Shown in pieces: positions 25,495 to 39,303 of a stretch of 64,000 nucleotides of DNA. Origin of the DNA: Phoronis australis (lineage: Eukaryota > Animalia > Phoronida); assembly GCA_002633005.1 (NCBI GenBank), contig NMRA01000102.1:874924-938923 (forward strand). The letters run 5' to 3'. A program made the translations under genes and the position numbers. The notes under the pieces are model-generated. The model was not told where the DNA came from and did no database searches. It saw only the letters and a list, made by a program, of their open reading frames with translations. Numbering within the stretch: position 1 is the first letter of the stretch; each line of letters starts with the position of its first letter.

Positions 25495-27520
25495 CTAAAA
25501 ATAAAGCAATCACAAAGTCTTGGCATATTAGTTGATGAATTTTATACGAAATATTAAAAACGAATTCTGAAACGTATCACCTACATTTCACATTTATACT
25601 ACTGTATTTGCGCGTAGCGTTAACATGCTTATTGTGCTTCCGAGTCCAGTAAACAGGAAAAATTAATAAAGCTGTATATCAAGTCTGAGCTAAAAATGCT
25701 CTGCACCAAAATCTGTTTTGAAACATTATTCTGGCATAATGAGTTTATTTCACTTATTGCCGGACTTTGAAAAAATCGCCTGCTGTTTATTGAATATCCG
25801 AATGCAAGAAAATTAGAAAAGAAAGATTGTGATTTAAGAAAGCTAAATATTTTAAACAAAACCTATTACTTTTTGTAACATCCAAATAACAGATCGGCAC
25901 CTATGTGACTTTTATTGTATCTTCATAACTAACATAAACTGTTATCTAGAATCTCCCGAGTGCTAATATGAATGTGCATTTATTTTTGAGATTATGAAAA
26001 CCAAGCGACACTCAAGTATGAAAAAAATTAATGTTCAGCTATAGTTGGAATATTTGTGTTAGTAACGTGGACGAACAATCCTAACACGATGAATACGTGT
26101 AACAGCACAAGCTTAATTGGTCCCTGGATATTTGACTTCACATGCAACTTACGTAAAACTCATGGAATAAGTTGGTAGATACATGTACATGTAACAAAGG
26201 AATCGTACCCCACCCCCTTTGGCGAAGTGAGCAAAAAAGGTCCGCCTCAGAGAAACAAAAAGGCCGAGAAAACGAGACAAAAGTCCATTAAAAAGGCGCA
26301 AAGGTACGATTCACAGCTCTGAACGTGTTACCCCGTTTTTTTTCTTTTCTTGTTTTTATTTCTTTATTTTTTTTAGTCCTTCCGCTATTTTTGTTAGAAA
26401 AAGGTCCACATTGCCAGACAGTCGAGCCCCCCCATATTAAAGACTGGGTGCGCGCATGCCTTGTCCATGTAATCTCCCTTATGCCTAATCGTGACATGGA
26501 GTCTGTTTCCTTTACCAGTTAACCTACTTAGGTTGGTGACGTTTTGAGTTGCGAAATGACAACATGCGTTGAGAGGCTTTACCTAAAGAAAACACATCAT
26601 TTAATTTTATAAATCTTAAAATGAACTTGTAGCTAAATGTATGTCACATGCGTGAATAAGAATTACAACACAAACGATCCTGCTCTACATGAATACTCTT
26701 GGGTGGACGACAAACACACCGTGAGTTTGGGAGAATGGCATCTAAAGTTGTCAACAGACAACAGTACCACGTGCTCCCCCTAACAATACGCAGATGTTAC
26801 AATTTGAAATTCGACTATCTGATTTCTTCAACCATTAATGTAATTGAAAAACCTAGAAATTACAGTTGCCTTTTCGCATAGGTAGCTATACTTTGAAATT
26901 CCCACTTTACATTTTCATGCTCCATTAGCGATAAAAATACACCCTTTAACGCAGTTGAAATCATAGATTCGTGGACTAGAATGATGGTAAATTGTTCCAC
27001 TTCAGATTATAAAGATCATGGTTTAGATAAGCTTCTGAAATGGCAACATGTAATGTATGTTGCTTGATTAACAAACAAATGCAAGACAACCAAAGAGAAA
27101 TAACCATGAAGCACTTGGCGAGGTGTTTCCAAAAAGTTGTCGTATGTATAAAAATCCACAAATCGGTTAATTTTCCTTGTCTATGTTATGTTTGACTAAC
27201 GTTGATGCGTACCTTTACGATCGTATCTTTTCGTGTCAAATCGATCTCACTTCCGTGCTCCTTTATTCCCTTAAAAGCAACAAAAGAAAAAATGACGTGG
27301 AGACATCTTCAACACCTTCGCTTGCAAACGATAGTTGACGTTGTCACGTGACAGAACTCACAGTGTATTTCATCACACTGAGATAACGTCTCCGACTATA
27401 CTATAACGTTTTCTATATGCACAATACGAAACACCAGACGACCTACTGCCTGCATTTTTAAAGATATTATGATATTTTCTGAAATCCGTCAATTCTTGAA
27501 AACGTGTACAGCAGCTTTTT

Positions 27521-30500
27521 TTAAATAAATTTAGAAAACTCACCTTTCCGTTTCCTTGTAACAGGGTGAAAATCATCGTCATTATTTTCGGCCAAATGTA
27601 CCCTCGGGCTTTTCTCCTGTTCCCGTCCAGTCACACTGTGCGGTAGGTTTGCACCCCATGCTGTTGTCAGGGGTCCACTGAAACTTGTAACGAACTGGGC
27701 ATCCACGTTTTGTCTTGGGCTTATTCGAATGGAAGCAGCCTTCACTTTAGGCTCGTGAGTTTTAACGACTTGCGACCGTTGTCTTTCTTTTATTTCCGCT
27801 TCAGTCATCGTTTGCTTTTTGCTTACCCCGTATGCCATAGGTCCCGACCACGTGAAGCCAATGAAGAAGGTAACCTTCTTGTGCCGCCAATTCTGATTAG
27901 CGGGCACGGCGGTAGTGATTCTCAGTGGTTCGCATTGCATTCCATAGGACACTTCAACGCTGTCTAGATTCTCGGTTACTTTTCCTTCGAACATAAATAA
28001 TCTTTCCTTTACACCTGCCGGATTCCAAAAATTGACTCCCATGTAGCCGAACTCCGTGGGGTGAATGTAGCGTTCCGTTTCCGAATTTTGTCCAAGGAAG
28101 AAAACCACCCTCTCCTTTATACCATAGCTGTTTTTACCACCTTCAACCTGTGCTTTGTATTTCATCCTATACTCATCCTTCCAGTTTTCCATTGCAGATT
28201 TTAAGTGCGAAGGTGGGTGTAGGTATTCAGTTGCTACGTCATCTGTAAGCGGCCAATTTAACATGACGTAAAAGAGGTAAGGCTCGAAAAAGATTCGTGC
28301 ATTGAGCTTCTCTCTTCTCTCGTACAGTTTTTGACTCCATTCAACTAACTGGCGAAAACTGACACGATTACGCTTTTTCAAAATACAAGACCACGTTATG
28401 TGCCCTCCAAGCAAGACACAGAGGTCATTGGGATCGTTTTCCCGTTTCAAATTTTCCCACATTAGTTGCAGTACTTTACTCAGCACTTCTTCAAAGTTGG
28501 TGATGTCTTCACTTGTTTTTTCCTCGCCCTCGTTTTCAACTGTGGCTTGTACACTGTTGAGTTTGAGTTTAATCATTCTAGAAAAAGTAGAACAACCCAG
28601 TCGGAAAACCTGGCGTCTTCTAAGCTCACAATGTCCTTCTTCGCTAAGTGTTTCTGCAGCACGTTCACAACTGTCTCTACCAAAGTAGTGTTGAAGAAAT
28701 TCAATAACTGAACCCATATCCCTCTGAGTCTTTCTTTGGATTGGTCTTTGTTTTTTATCAAGAAAATCTTCGTGCAACTGAGTTTCAATGTCGGCTACCT
28801 TTTCGAGAGTCTGTTTAACGTTGGAGTCCAACGATTTCAATTTTGTAATCATATCAATTCCGTCCACGTTTTGCAAGTACTCCAACGACTCTGCATTGTA
28901 GTTGAAATCGGTAAGGAAACTCTTCACGAATCCACGATCTCGAAAACCTGGAACATATGGTAGGATTTCCAAAAGCCTTTTCATGATGTCAAGCTCTCCG
29001 TAATAGCCGCTAGTATTGATCATACCATGGTTGGCCGGTGAAATGCTGAACCGCTGTGCTTCCCTAAATGCATCAATGGCATTAAACGAGCTCCTGATAA
29101 CACGTTTAGCTCCTTCTTCCGTCAAGACATTACCATTATTGATGTAACTTTGTGCCCTAGCAACACTCCGTGTGTGTACCTGACCACATGTGTATAAAAG
29201 ATAGGAGTTTTCAGGTATCTGCAGAAGGGCTTCTTGAATATGTTCCAAAGCACAAGAATCGTGATCGTCGTCGTTGAAGCGAAATATGTAGAACCTTGCG
29301 ATTTGCTGGGCAATGAAAGGGTCTTTAAAAATTCTGTATCCTTTGATGAGAACCTGAACCGCAGCTTCTGGAGACCCCTTTGCTATATCTTCTATCAATG
29401 GAGCAAACGCTGACAACTGCTCCATTTCTGTTTGTCGAACCACCACTCGCCTTTGTACTCGTCTTTTTAAAACGTCACGCATGATTTGGAACATTCCCTT
29501 GTGGTGATAATAGTCATTCGCACTGGAAAAAATCTTCTCATCCAGCAAGTCATTTATGATGTTTTCAACCATCTCTTCTTCCTTAAAGACCGAAAGAATC
29601 TGCTCTGCTACAAGCCGGTTGCATATACGTAGTCCACAGTGATAGCTGTTGTGACTTGCAGTCGCTTCACTTATCAAGAATTTCCAGGAATCGCTGGTTT
29701 TTGTTTCCCAATTCGGCTGTAGTCGTTGAAGTTTTCGCTGACGGTATGGAAGCACCGTGTTGCCCGTATAGTAGTCTGTTTGATTTTGACCCATTATGTT
29801 GTCAAAAGCAGAAGTTGGGATTGCCCGGAATTGCTCTTCGTCATAATGGTTCAACAATGCTACGTATTTAAGAACTTTCTTCTCCTTTTCGCAAGTCATA
29901 TCTTTAACAAAATCTCTCACCACCGAAGTGATGGCTTCTTGATTGAAGCCTGTTTTCATTATGTTGAGTGAAAACAGGTATTTAGGATCCATTCGTTGGT
30001 CATTGGCAAAGCTCTCATCTAATTGGTGACTTTTGTCTCTGAACCATTGCTTCTCGCAATCCGTTAAGTCATGTCCCAATCCAAGTTCTTTGCTGGGCAA
30101 GATCGTTTGTCGGTGGCAGACAAGCATGACGACAACAAATGAATGTGGTTTGCGGGCATCACGCGGTTCTCTTGTTTCGTCGTCTAAATCGACTGTTTCC
30201 CGTGCTATGCTCCCAGCTTCAGCCTCCAGTTCGGTTCGAAGTAGACGGACATTTTTCAACTCCTCGTTATCAACAAGGAGGAGAACNCCAGCTCCTGGTT
30301 GATGATATAAATTGATGACTCCCACTGCACCCGAATCGCGGTCGAGACATGGGGATCGATGTTTTCCTGTAAGCGTGTCTTCAACAGCCCCCAGCAGCTT
30401 TTGATGTATGTCACGTCTACAAACTTGCCCTTTGAAGGCAAAATTGAACCAACTGACTTCTGCTCCCCTATAAAACCGTTCTTCTTCTTCTTTCTCTAGG

Positions 30501-32280
30501 TCTGCAATATTTCTGACCTTAGCCCACCCTTTTAGAACACTTTCGCATTCATCCATTCCGAGAAGCTCAAGACACGACCAGTCACTTTTGTCATTGATAA
30601 CGGTTTCACCTTTTGGTGACGGAAGTTTGCAAGCAGCATTGATTTGTGGCCTGGTTACAGACTTCAGTGTCTCTGAAATAATATGCCAAGGAACGCCTGT
30701 AGTGCTTCTGTCGTTTAGTTCTTCATCATACTGACTTTCCTCTCCCAATCGTTTGATTATTTCAGAATTCCAAGCGGCGAGTAGATCTGGGCTCTCGCAA
30801 ATAACATTCCATTGCTCAGGGAATACTCTGTCAATTTCTGGAAATATTTCCATCATGATATTTTTTTTTTCTGATAACAAAGCAAAGACTATGGAAACTC
30901 GATTATTAGGCATCTCTCTATTCATTATCTTAACAAGATCCCGTGCATTGTTTGTGAAGGCTCTTCTCCACATGGGGCCATTAAACTTAACTGGATCTCG
31001 GTCATTGTTCATTAGAATCCATGTCGTGGCTTTTGCCACAAGAAGTTTATCATCATCACATTGGGTGATCGATTTAATCTCTCTGATATTAACTGCTTTC
31101 CCTGCACTCAAGAGCCAATCCACTAGTGTCCGATCTCCTGTGAAGTCAAGCACAAATTTCCATGGAATTTGGCTGAAAAAACAATACTTGTCAGCGATTT
31201 CAATTTCTGAAGTGTTTTGAGGTAACGAATTTACAATTAACACTGGGTAAATACCATCAGAAACATCTTCATTTCCCAACGTGAATGAAGTGGTCATGCT
31301 CTTCAACTTCTCGTCATAGAACGTTGGCGATTTAGAATCGCCCCCATTTTCAGCAAACCGACGCGTTTTCTGCCATCTCGGTCTTTCTTTCAGAAATGTC
31401 TCAATTTCTTTTTCATCGAGAAGCTGTGCATGCCCGTTCTTCCATACATAAAAACATAACTTCTCTTTCTCTTTGCTCGTAATGAACACATCATCGGTGT
31501 TCTTAGACAAAGGGGTGACGTCAATTTCAACCACATTCAATTGCTTCTTCCCCGAGCTTTCAACAGCAATAGGTATACATTCGGAAACAAGGGAAGCAAC
31601 TAGACGTCTCTGGTCTTCTACAAATTGTTGTAAGAGATTTTCACGAAAATTATTTTCAAACGTCTCGCCTACAAGGAAACCCTTGATAATTCCACCTGTA
31701 TTGTGATCATTAATTCCAAAATGGATTGTTAGATTTTGGTAGCAGTTTATGCAAGCTGCAACTGTAGCAGCAACGTCTTCCATAACTTTTCCGGTTTTCA
31801 AGTCAATTGAATCTTTACACGAAACGTTTTTATGGACTGGTAGCAACAAACTGAGATCATCTGATTTAGGTATCACTGTGCCCAAGCTGTACTTCAATGC
31901 CGCTCCTCTTGCACCGAAATGTCGAAGACATGAAAACACTTTTTCGTTCACTGAACCTGTAGGAACATTATCAACCCTTTTCTCTGGGGGACTGTGCACT
32001 TGGCCATCTACTGGTTCAAAATACGTGTTTGGGCTCTTTTTGAGGGCTTTTTTAATGTTGTAGAAATACGTCACAGTTATTTTTGGACAAACGTGAATCA
32101 CCATCTTGAACGGATCGTCGTCGTTAAAAATGTCATGAAGTGTCACTCCATCGATATCCTTTACTTCAAAGCACTCGGCTAGATCGGCAGGTAAACTGCA
32201 TACGCTTGTTAGCCACGTCTTCACTTCTAAAGGTGTCATGCTTGCACACGACAATGGCCTATCTTCCGCCATTTTGTTCT
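27521..32280 (-). CDS. SAMD9/SAMD9L-family protein (SAM, AlbA_2, SIR2-like, STAND P-loop NTPase, TPR, OB-fold); single large exon
   Basis: SAM (VKTWL...DIDGVTL); AlbA (AACIN...TIHFGIND..G.IKG, VVEIDVTP); WKFVLDF, TTWILMN; FYRGAEVSWFNF; LYHQPGA and VLLLVD; FIAQQIARFY; GYYGEL; C-terminal VTFFIGFTWSGPMAYGV. Acceptor tatctttgtag| at 32281/32280; in-frame ATG at 32272. Confidence 0.92.
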
Positions 32281-33068
32281 CTACAAAGATACGGGTTAGA
32301 TATGCACATAACATGTCAACAATCTATCAGTTTATATTAAAACAGCTCTAAACAGTTTCTATCTTGAAAAAGCTCAAATGTTACTTAATTCGGAATATTT
32401 TATCTGAGTGAATTCAAAAGAAACTTTCCGATACTATTCATGCAATGCTTTAGGAACGCCTACGTTTTTGAACAAGCTCGAAACTTATGTTCCTACAAGA
32501 ACAACGGTGTCGATTGCTCATGCAGTGTGCTTGAAGGTGGCAGTTAATATAGCCATAGAACTCTTGACCTGGAAAGACAACTTCGATCTCGCGCTACTGA
32601 GGTTGCGCCGCGCGTACTTGCCATTCGTTTGTTCCGTTGCTATAGAATTTACTGCCACTAAAACTTCGCAACTCAGCCGTTTTTCAATCGAATTGCATAA
32701 GAGTCATAGCAGTAGTACGCTCTTCATCAGATCTAGGCGATGTACGAATATACTACAAGCAAATGATAAATAAGTAAAATCATAAATAATTGTCATTTTG
32801 CAAACATAACGGGTTGGAATAAATATTTTTTGATGTCAAAAACCAAGTGTGATACCAAAATGCATAAAATCAGGGTGCAATAGTAACACAAAAAGAAAAT
32901 GAGCCACAGGGGTTTTATAAACAACTAATTAAACCAGCAGGGATATAATTTCAATGGTTCAAAAGATTTCTACCCCATCATTGCAACAAGTTTAGAATAT
33001 GGAACCCTCGCAGTTGCTATGAAGAGTTTAGTCGGATATTCATCCAAAATTATACAATAACTTCATCA

Positions 33069-34688
33069 TATAGTAATTGGAAGTTCTGTGCCATTTGATA
33101 AATTCTTTAGTAAAATTTCAGGAGGCAGCGACATTTACAAAGGTATGATAAACTAATTACCCCAACTACCTATCCAAAATAATTTGCTGATGAAGGCTTT
33201 CTGACAGATAACAAACGAGCAAACAAATGTACTGTTTATAGATTATAGCACAGGTTGCAGTGTAGTACTTTTCACAGTGGACCAGTGTGTAAATAACTTG
33301 TTTCTTCAGAAAATCATAACTAGTGATCCTGATACACGGGGTGAGTGTAAGTAAACAAGAGACACTGGGATACATTTTTCGATAGTTACGTTACTAAGGA
33401 ACGCGGACCCGGTGCCAAATGTCAGACTAAAACTCGAACTCGGACTCGATAATTTCTACTCGAAATCTGTCTCCGTCGAGTCGAACTCGAAATTGCGTGC
33501 CCAATGTTCATTTTTGAGTCGACTCGAAATCGAGTTTACTCGAGAAATCGTACTCGAGTTACTAAGGAACTCTCCCGTGTTGTGAATAACATACAAAATA
33601 ATTTTCTGCGAGAAGTGCACCCTCTACTGCGTGATCGTCTGCTTTTGAGTGGAAAATTCACAGACAGCAGTCAAAAATGTAAGTATTTGAGTGATATTGC
33701 AAACAATAAGTTCTATATACAGCGAAAATGTTAACAACGATTCTTAATCTATGGTATGCAGTGGCGGATCTACGGGGGGGGGTTCAGGGGGTTTAAACCC
33801 CCCCCCTTGGGCCAGGACCCAAAATTAAAAAAAAAACAGAAAAGTCGTCACCAAAACAAANTTGACGTTCGTAAGCAGACGAACGCTGGAAACTTCAACG
33901 CCAGATGTCGCAGGACCGCGCAGAAGAGGAAATAAGATCATTCACGACTTTAAGGCACTCACGACTTTAGGGCCTCTGACGGTATAGTAATTGGAAGTTC
34001 TGTGCCATTTGACAAATTCTTTAGTAAAATTTCAGGAGGCAGCGACATTTAAAAAGGTATGATAAACTAATTACCCCAACTACCTATCCAAAATAATTTC
34101 CTGATGAAGGCTTTCTGACAGATAACAAACGAGCAAACATCAATTGCGGAGCAATCAAATGTACTGTTTATAGATTATTGCATAGGTTGCAGTGTAATAC
34201 TTTTCACAGTGGCCCAGTGTGTAAATATCTCGTTTCTTCAGAAAATCATAACTAGTGATCCTGATACACGGGGTGAGTGTAAGTAAACAAGCAGACACTG
34301 GAATACATTTTTCGATAGTTACGTTACTAAGGAACGCGGACCCGGTGCCTAATGTCAGACTAAAACTCGAACTCGGACTCGATAATTTCTACTCGAAATC
34401 TGTCTCCGTCGAGTCGAACTCGAAATTGCGTGCCCAATGTTCATTTTTCAGTCGACTCGAAATCGAGTTTACTCGAGAAATCGTACTCGAGTTACTAAGG
34501 AACTCTCCTGTGTTGTGAATAACATACAAAATAATTTCTGCGAGAACTGCACCCTCTACTGCGTGATCGTCTGCTTTTGAGTGGAAAATTCACAGACAGC
34601 AATCAAAAATGTAAGTATTTGAGTGATATTGCAAACAATAAGTTCTATATACAGCGAAACTGTTAACGATTCTTAATCTATGGTATGG
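33069..34688 (+). repeat. ~690-bp tandem duplication (33069-33757 / 33984-34688) with a G/C-run MITE fragment and an N between copies
   Basis: Both copies start tatagtaattggaagttctgtgcc and end tatggtatg; CAGTGGCGGATCTACGGGG follows copy 1; N at 33861. Confidence 0.9.
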
Positions 34689-37600
34689 TATTGGTGAAAA
34701 GTTATAAACGGAAAGCAACGTAGGCTCACCTCACCTAAACAGTGTTAAAGTAAACGATAACCCTTGTGTTGCCAAATTTTGAGCAAATATACGTTTTTAA
34801 ACCCAAAAGCCAACGTTATTTTGACCAGCCTTCCGTCAGCGTCCATATCTTCTGCTCAAAGCCTCGCTTTGAACTTCTTAGTTAACCAGTTTTTACTCAA
34901 AATTTCGAGTCCAACACTTTTCGAGTCTGACATTTTGAATTTGTAGCGATCTCGCTAGAGCAGGACACCGTGAAGGGTATTAGAAGAAAGAACAATTACT
35001 ATGGTTTGTTGAAACCTTGTTTTGTGTAACTTTATTGAGTTTTGTTTGATATGGACGGCTGAAGTGAAGCACCTGTGGAGTTTCTGGTCAGGAGTGTCAT
35101 ACCTTGTAGTATTACATATGGTGTATTGGGGGATCAGAAGCTGAGGACGGCTGTGGGTCCGATAAGGATATGTGCTGAAATACTACTATTCATTGACATT
35201 GTCATTGTAAAATACACTGACACACTTGTCACTTCCCACAGAAGTTAGGAGCATAAAAATAAAATCAATGGTCCTAAACACACAAACACTACCCAGTCTA
35301 GTAATAGTTTTATAATGACTGACATCGCTTTTGGTGGTGCCATTCAGCAGTGCCTTTGACTGCAATCCTACAGTCGTACGGAGTATTCAATTTCGGAGGT
35401 TGTCTGTTGCTGTGAAATTAGAATTATACACACTCTTTTGTAAAGTCAGCAAGATAAAACCTCACTTTTTTGAGTTGGCACAGTCATTAAAACTTACCCA
35501 TTTTGCTGAGAGCCTCAATGGAAGAGTCAACTTTTCTGATAACATAATTATGCAAAGTTGTTATTTACAGGGAATTTAATTTCAGCAAAAAGCTTTCTGG
35601 GCTGTATCCTTTTTAAAACAACAAACCTCAGTTGCATATAAAACCTGCAGTGGTTTTGGTGCAACAAAGGATCATTTTATACAGTTCTAACCAAAAAGTA
35701 AATATTTTTGTGTGGAATTTATTTGGAAATTCACCTTTTCATGGAGATTTTTGCAATGCCTGGGTCACTGATCAGAGTGGTACGTTTGGTCATATGCAAT
35801 CTATGCAAGTTTCCTCTCTCCTGGACCCCGACTAGTCGACTGTTTCATTTTATCTTTCCACGTTTACATGTCAAATTTTGTAGTTTGCAACAATCATCTA
35901 TTAATTTCAGTCTAATTGCAAAACAACGTCTCAGAACCATTCTAAAACATTATGAAACTACTAAGGTTCGCTGTAATCAAAGCATCGTGGAGTTAGACAT
36001 TGTAAGCAACCAAACTTTAAAAACTTGGTTCGTTGAATAATTGCTACTAGTTGGAAAAACATCTCACATTTTAAAATTGGGAGGTCAGGGTACTTCAAAG
36101 AGTTTAAGCTGGGTCACTTAACCCAAATTGACTGTTTCTTGTGCGTTACTTGAGTTGGCTTGTTATCCAGGCAATTGCCACTCACTGGCAATCCAAATTT
36201 TGAGAACAATTTTTAACGCCTGCTATTCAGTGAAAAATGGGTTCCTGTTATGCATTAGAAAACACTGGTTCTCAAAGTGGGTGTCAATGTTAGGAGCAAC
36301 ATGCTAGTGTTTCATTCTTGTGATTATGATCTACATAATACAGCAGTGATTTTAGTCAATATTTTTTCAAAATTACAAATTTGACTTTTACTGAGGGGGC
36401 CTCCTCGTGGCAAGAGTTGGGCAGTGTGAAATGCTTAAGTACATTCGCACTTGCAAACACCCTCACGTTGACATCATTAATGTGTTCCTAGAAATAGTAT
36501 ACTCATAAGCTACAAAACACACAACATGTAAAGAAATTTATCTAACCATTGGGAACTTTATTTTGCAGATGTATTGATTAGAAATATGGTTTAGTTTGGG
36601 GATAGTCTGAAGTACTAAGTCTGGGCATTAACATAACCGTGGGCGCACAACAGGACTATCCCCTCTTCATTCCAAACCTTCCCCTGACAGAAACTCATTT
36701 CTGTTTTGTGCTGGCTTAGCTTTCCTGTTCCTGTCCCTGTCCCCTGTTCATGCAGTGCCTCCAGGTTGCCTCGCATTACAGTCATTGATTGCCAACAATT
36801 TCATGTTTAGCATCCTCTTGAATAATTCTGACAACACCAGTGGTGCTAGGGGAAGACCCGACTGCCACTCAAGTTGCACATTCACTGCCTTGTGAAAGCA
36901 TAGACCATGGGTTTCCACTTTTTACTCAAGGTTTTTTTTTGGTTATTTACTATTTTACTTTTGTTTGAACTCGAGATAAGTTTCCTTTATTCTAAAATTG
37001 AGTGCTTATTGATGGCAATTAATAATCCCTGCATTAGACCTAAAAGAAATCTTGAGTTTTTACTCAAATTTTAGTTCGAATCTTGTGGTCATTAAGCACT
37101 ATCTTGATCTCGCAAGAAAGTGGACTAGAAGTGACAAAAACAATTTCGAGTTCGATTTGGATTGAAAGTTTCACTCTAGAGGTGTATTCCCAAAACATGA
37201 TCACATACGTAATCCCTTTTCAGGGTTTTAAATCAATCCATACAATACTGGACTAGAATCTGTTTAGCCTAAAAAGCATTTAAATACAATGTGGAGCATA
37301 GTAAAACATCTCCACTATATTGTTTTGAAAAAATGAACCCTTTTTAAGTTCCTTATCCACAAATTGTACCATTTTTCAAGCTGCTATTATCCAAACCTCT
37401 TTTTAGAACCGTCATGAAACAATATAAGATTGGTCTGGTACGAACAATGTTGTTTTTTTGCCAAATTAGTAGCAAAAATCTAATCGCAAGCACTCACAAG
37501 AAGATTGGCATTGGATTTGGATACTAGTGTCTGGTGTCAATCTTCATGTGTGTACTCGTGATTAGATTCTTGATCTCGTACTGTTCCTTACTGAGATTAC

Positions 37601-38806
37601 ATGTGGTATATTGGCTTTAGTTGAACTGATAGTTTGTTATTGTTTAAGACCTTGCGCAATAACTATGGCTTTGAGCAATAACAAAGTTTGAATTCTTCCA
37701 AGTCCACTAAGGAACAAGTTAAGACAGCGATATATACAGGGCTTGTAATTTTCCTTTTTTGTTTTATTTCCACTTATTCGATGAACAGCTTCGTTTTTAT
37801 CATCATTTTTGGCTTGATTCATACAAAAACATTTGTTTCAGTTTAATTTTACAACACAAAAATATTTCTATCACACAAGTCTATTTGTGAAATGATAGAC
37901 CATCTGGAAAATTTTCATCTTTTAGTCGTTCCAATTCCTATATATAGTGGTAAGTCGTTCAGATCAAAATTTAGTCTTTTTCACAAACAACGCATTCATA
38001 GCACCTTTAAGGAGTTTAATTCGAAGGAAATCTGAGAGCCAGAAGACACCATCTAATAAGCAAATTCTGAAATCAACAGATGTGCTTATACTTTCCAAGA
38101 TGTTCAACCCACATTGTTATGTATAGGGATAAGGTTCATTCAACCATCCTTGGGCTTTCAGAGTACCCTCCCAACACCATTCCAATGGGGTACCCGGGAA
38201 CTCCCACACGTTTATATAGGACATGACACTCAGCTGGGTGATTTTTCTAAATAATTTCTCTTCAAAATTGTGCTTGAAAAAATCCCTAGCAAAGCAAACT
38301 TTTTCCCGTGAATACGACGGGTTTCACTCTGGAAGTTAAAAACACTGCAAATGGTACCTTTTCCTGCAGCAGAAGGGGTTTTAATACGATAGCTGTATTT
38401 TTAAAATTTTGGACACCAGACTCATTTTTGAGAAAAGGAATCTCTGAGCCGACTTTTTCAAGCTTTAAGGTGAAAAAGACAGCTGTCCAAGAATTACTAC
38501 GAAAGGATTAAGTTGTTTGCATTAGCTCTCATAAAAAGATTGTGCATTTGAAACATTAGGCTACAATTTTATTGAAGCCCAAACCTCGGACCACAAACCT
38601 AATGTTTTAAGCCATTATCCGAACGGGTGGAGATTCTTCTTGTACCGTGTCACGTTATGCATAAAACTAAAGCTTAGGGCCCATTTTGGACACCTCTCGG
38701 GTATTTTCGTAGCTACAAATTTACCCTTGGAGCGTCTAGAGCACGTCGGCTATTTTCCTATTTACATTTTTTTCCGTGACGTCAGCTTGTGAGGCCCGGG
38801 AACCAG

Positions 38807-39205
38807 GGCCCGGTCTCCAATCTTTTTACTCGAAATGGAACTCGAAATTAGGTTTGGCATTTTCTACTCTACTTTTGGGCGAACTCAAGATAAGTGTCTA
38901 TTATTCTATGCTCGAGTACCCAATAACTTACGTAGATAATTTATTGCCCTTAGTTCACAGTTTGTAAACCCAATATTAAAGCAATAAGTTCGAGTTTGAA
39001 CTCGAAATTTCGAGTTTTTACTCGAGTTAGTAGCACGAATATTAGGGTCTTCAAGGGCAAACTTGAACTAGAAACTCCTATGCATAAACTATAATGTATT
39101 CGAGCAGTCTGATAATCAATTATCTTAAGTTCGCACAAAAGGAGCAGAGAAATTGCCAAAAATAGTTTCGAGTTCGTTTCGAGTACAAAGATTAGAGACC
39201 GGGCT
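38807..39205. mobile_element. Harbinger-like MITE with CAG TSD and ACTCGAA-type internal motifs
   Basis: TIRs GGCCCGGTCTCCAATCTTTTTACTCGAAA / TTTCGAGTACAAAGATTAGAGACCGGGCT, CAG on both sides. Related ACTCGAA-rich fragments at ~33405-33570, 34340-34500 and 36910-37170. Confidence 0.7.
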
Positions 39206-39303
39206 CAGGTTAGCTGACAGTCAAAGAAAACCATTGGTCTACTGCGCTGTACCTGGGCCTTCACAAATTATCCGTGACGTCATCTTGTGAGGCCCGGGAA
39301 CCA

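Noticed and set aside
32273-32314. ATG at 32314 as the SAMD9 start
   Set aside because: It lies upstream of a strong splice acceptor at 32281, so MLCAYLTRIFV is probably intronic.
27710-32340. Plus-strand ORFs overlapping SAMD9
   Set aside because: Antisense shadows of the long ORF with no recognisable motifs.
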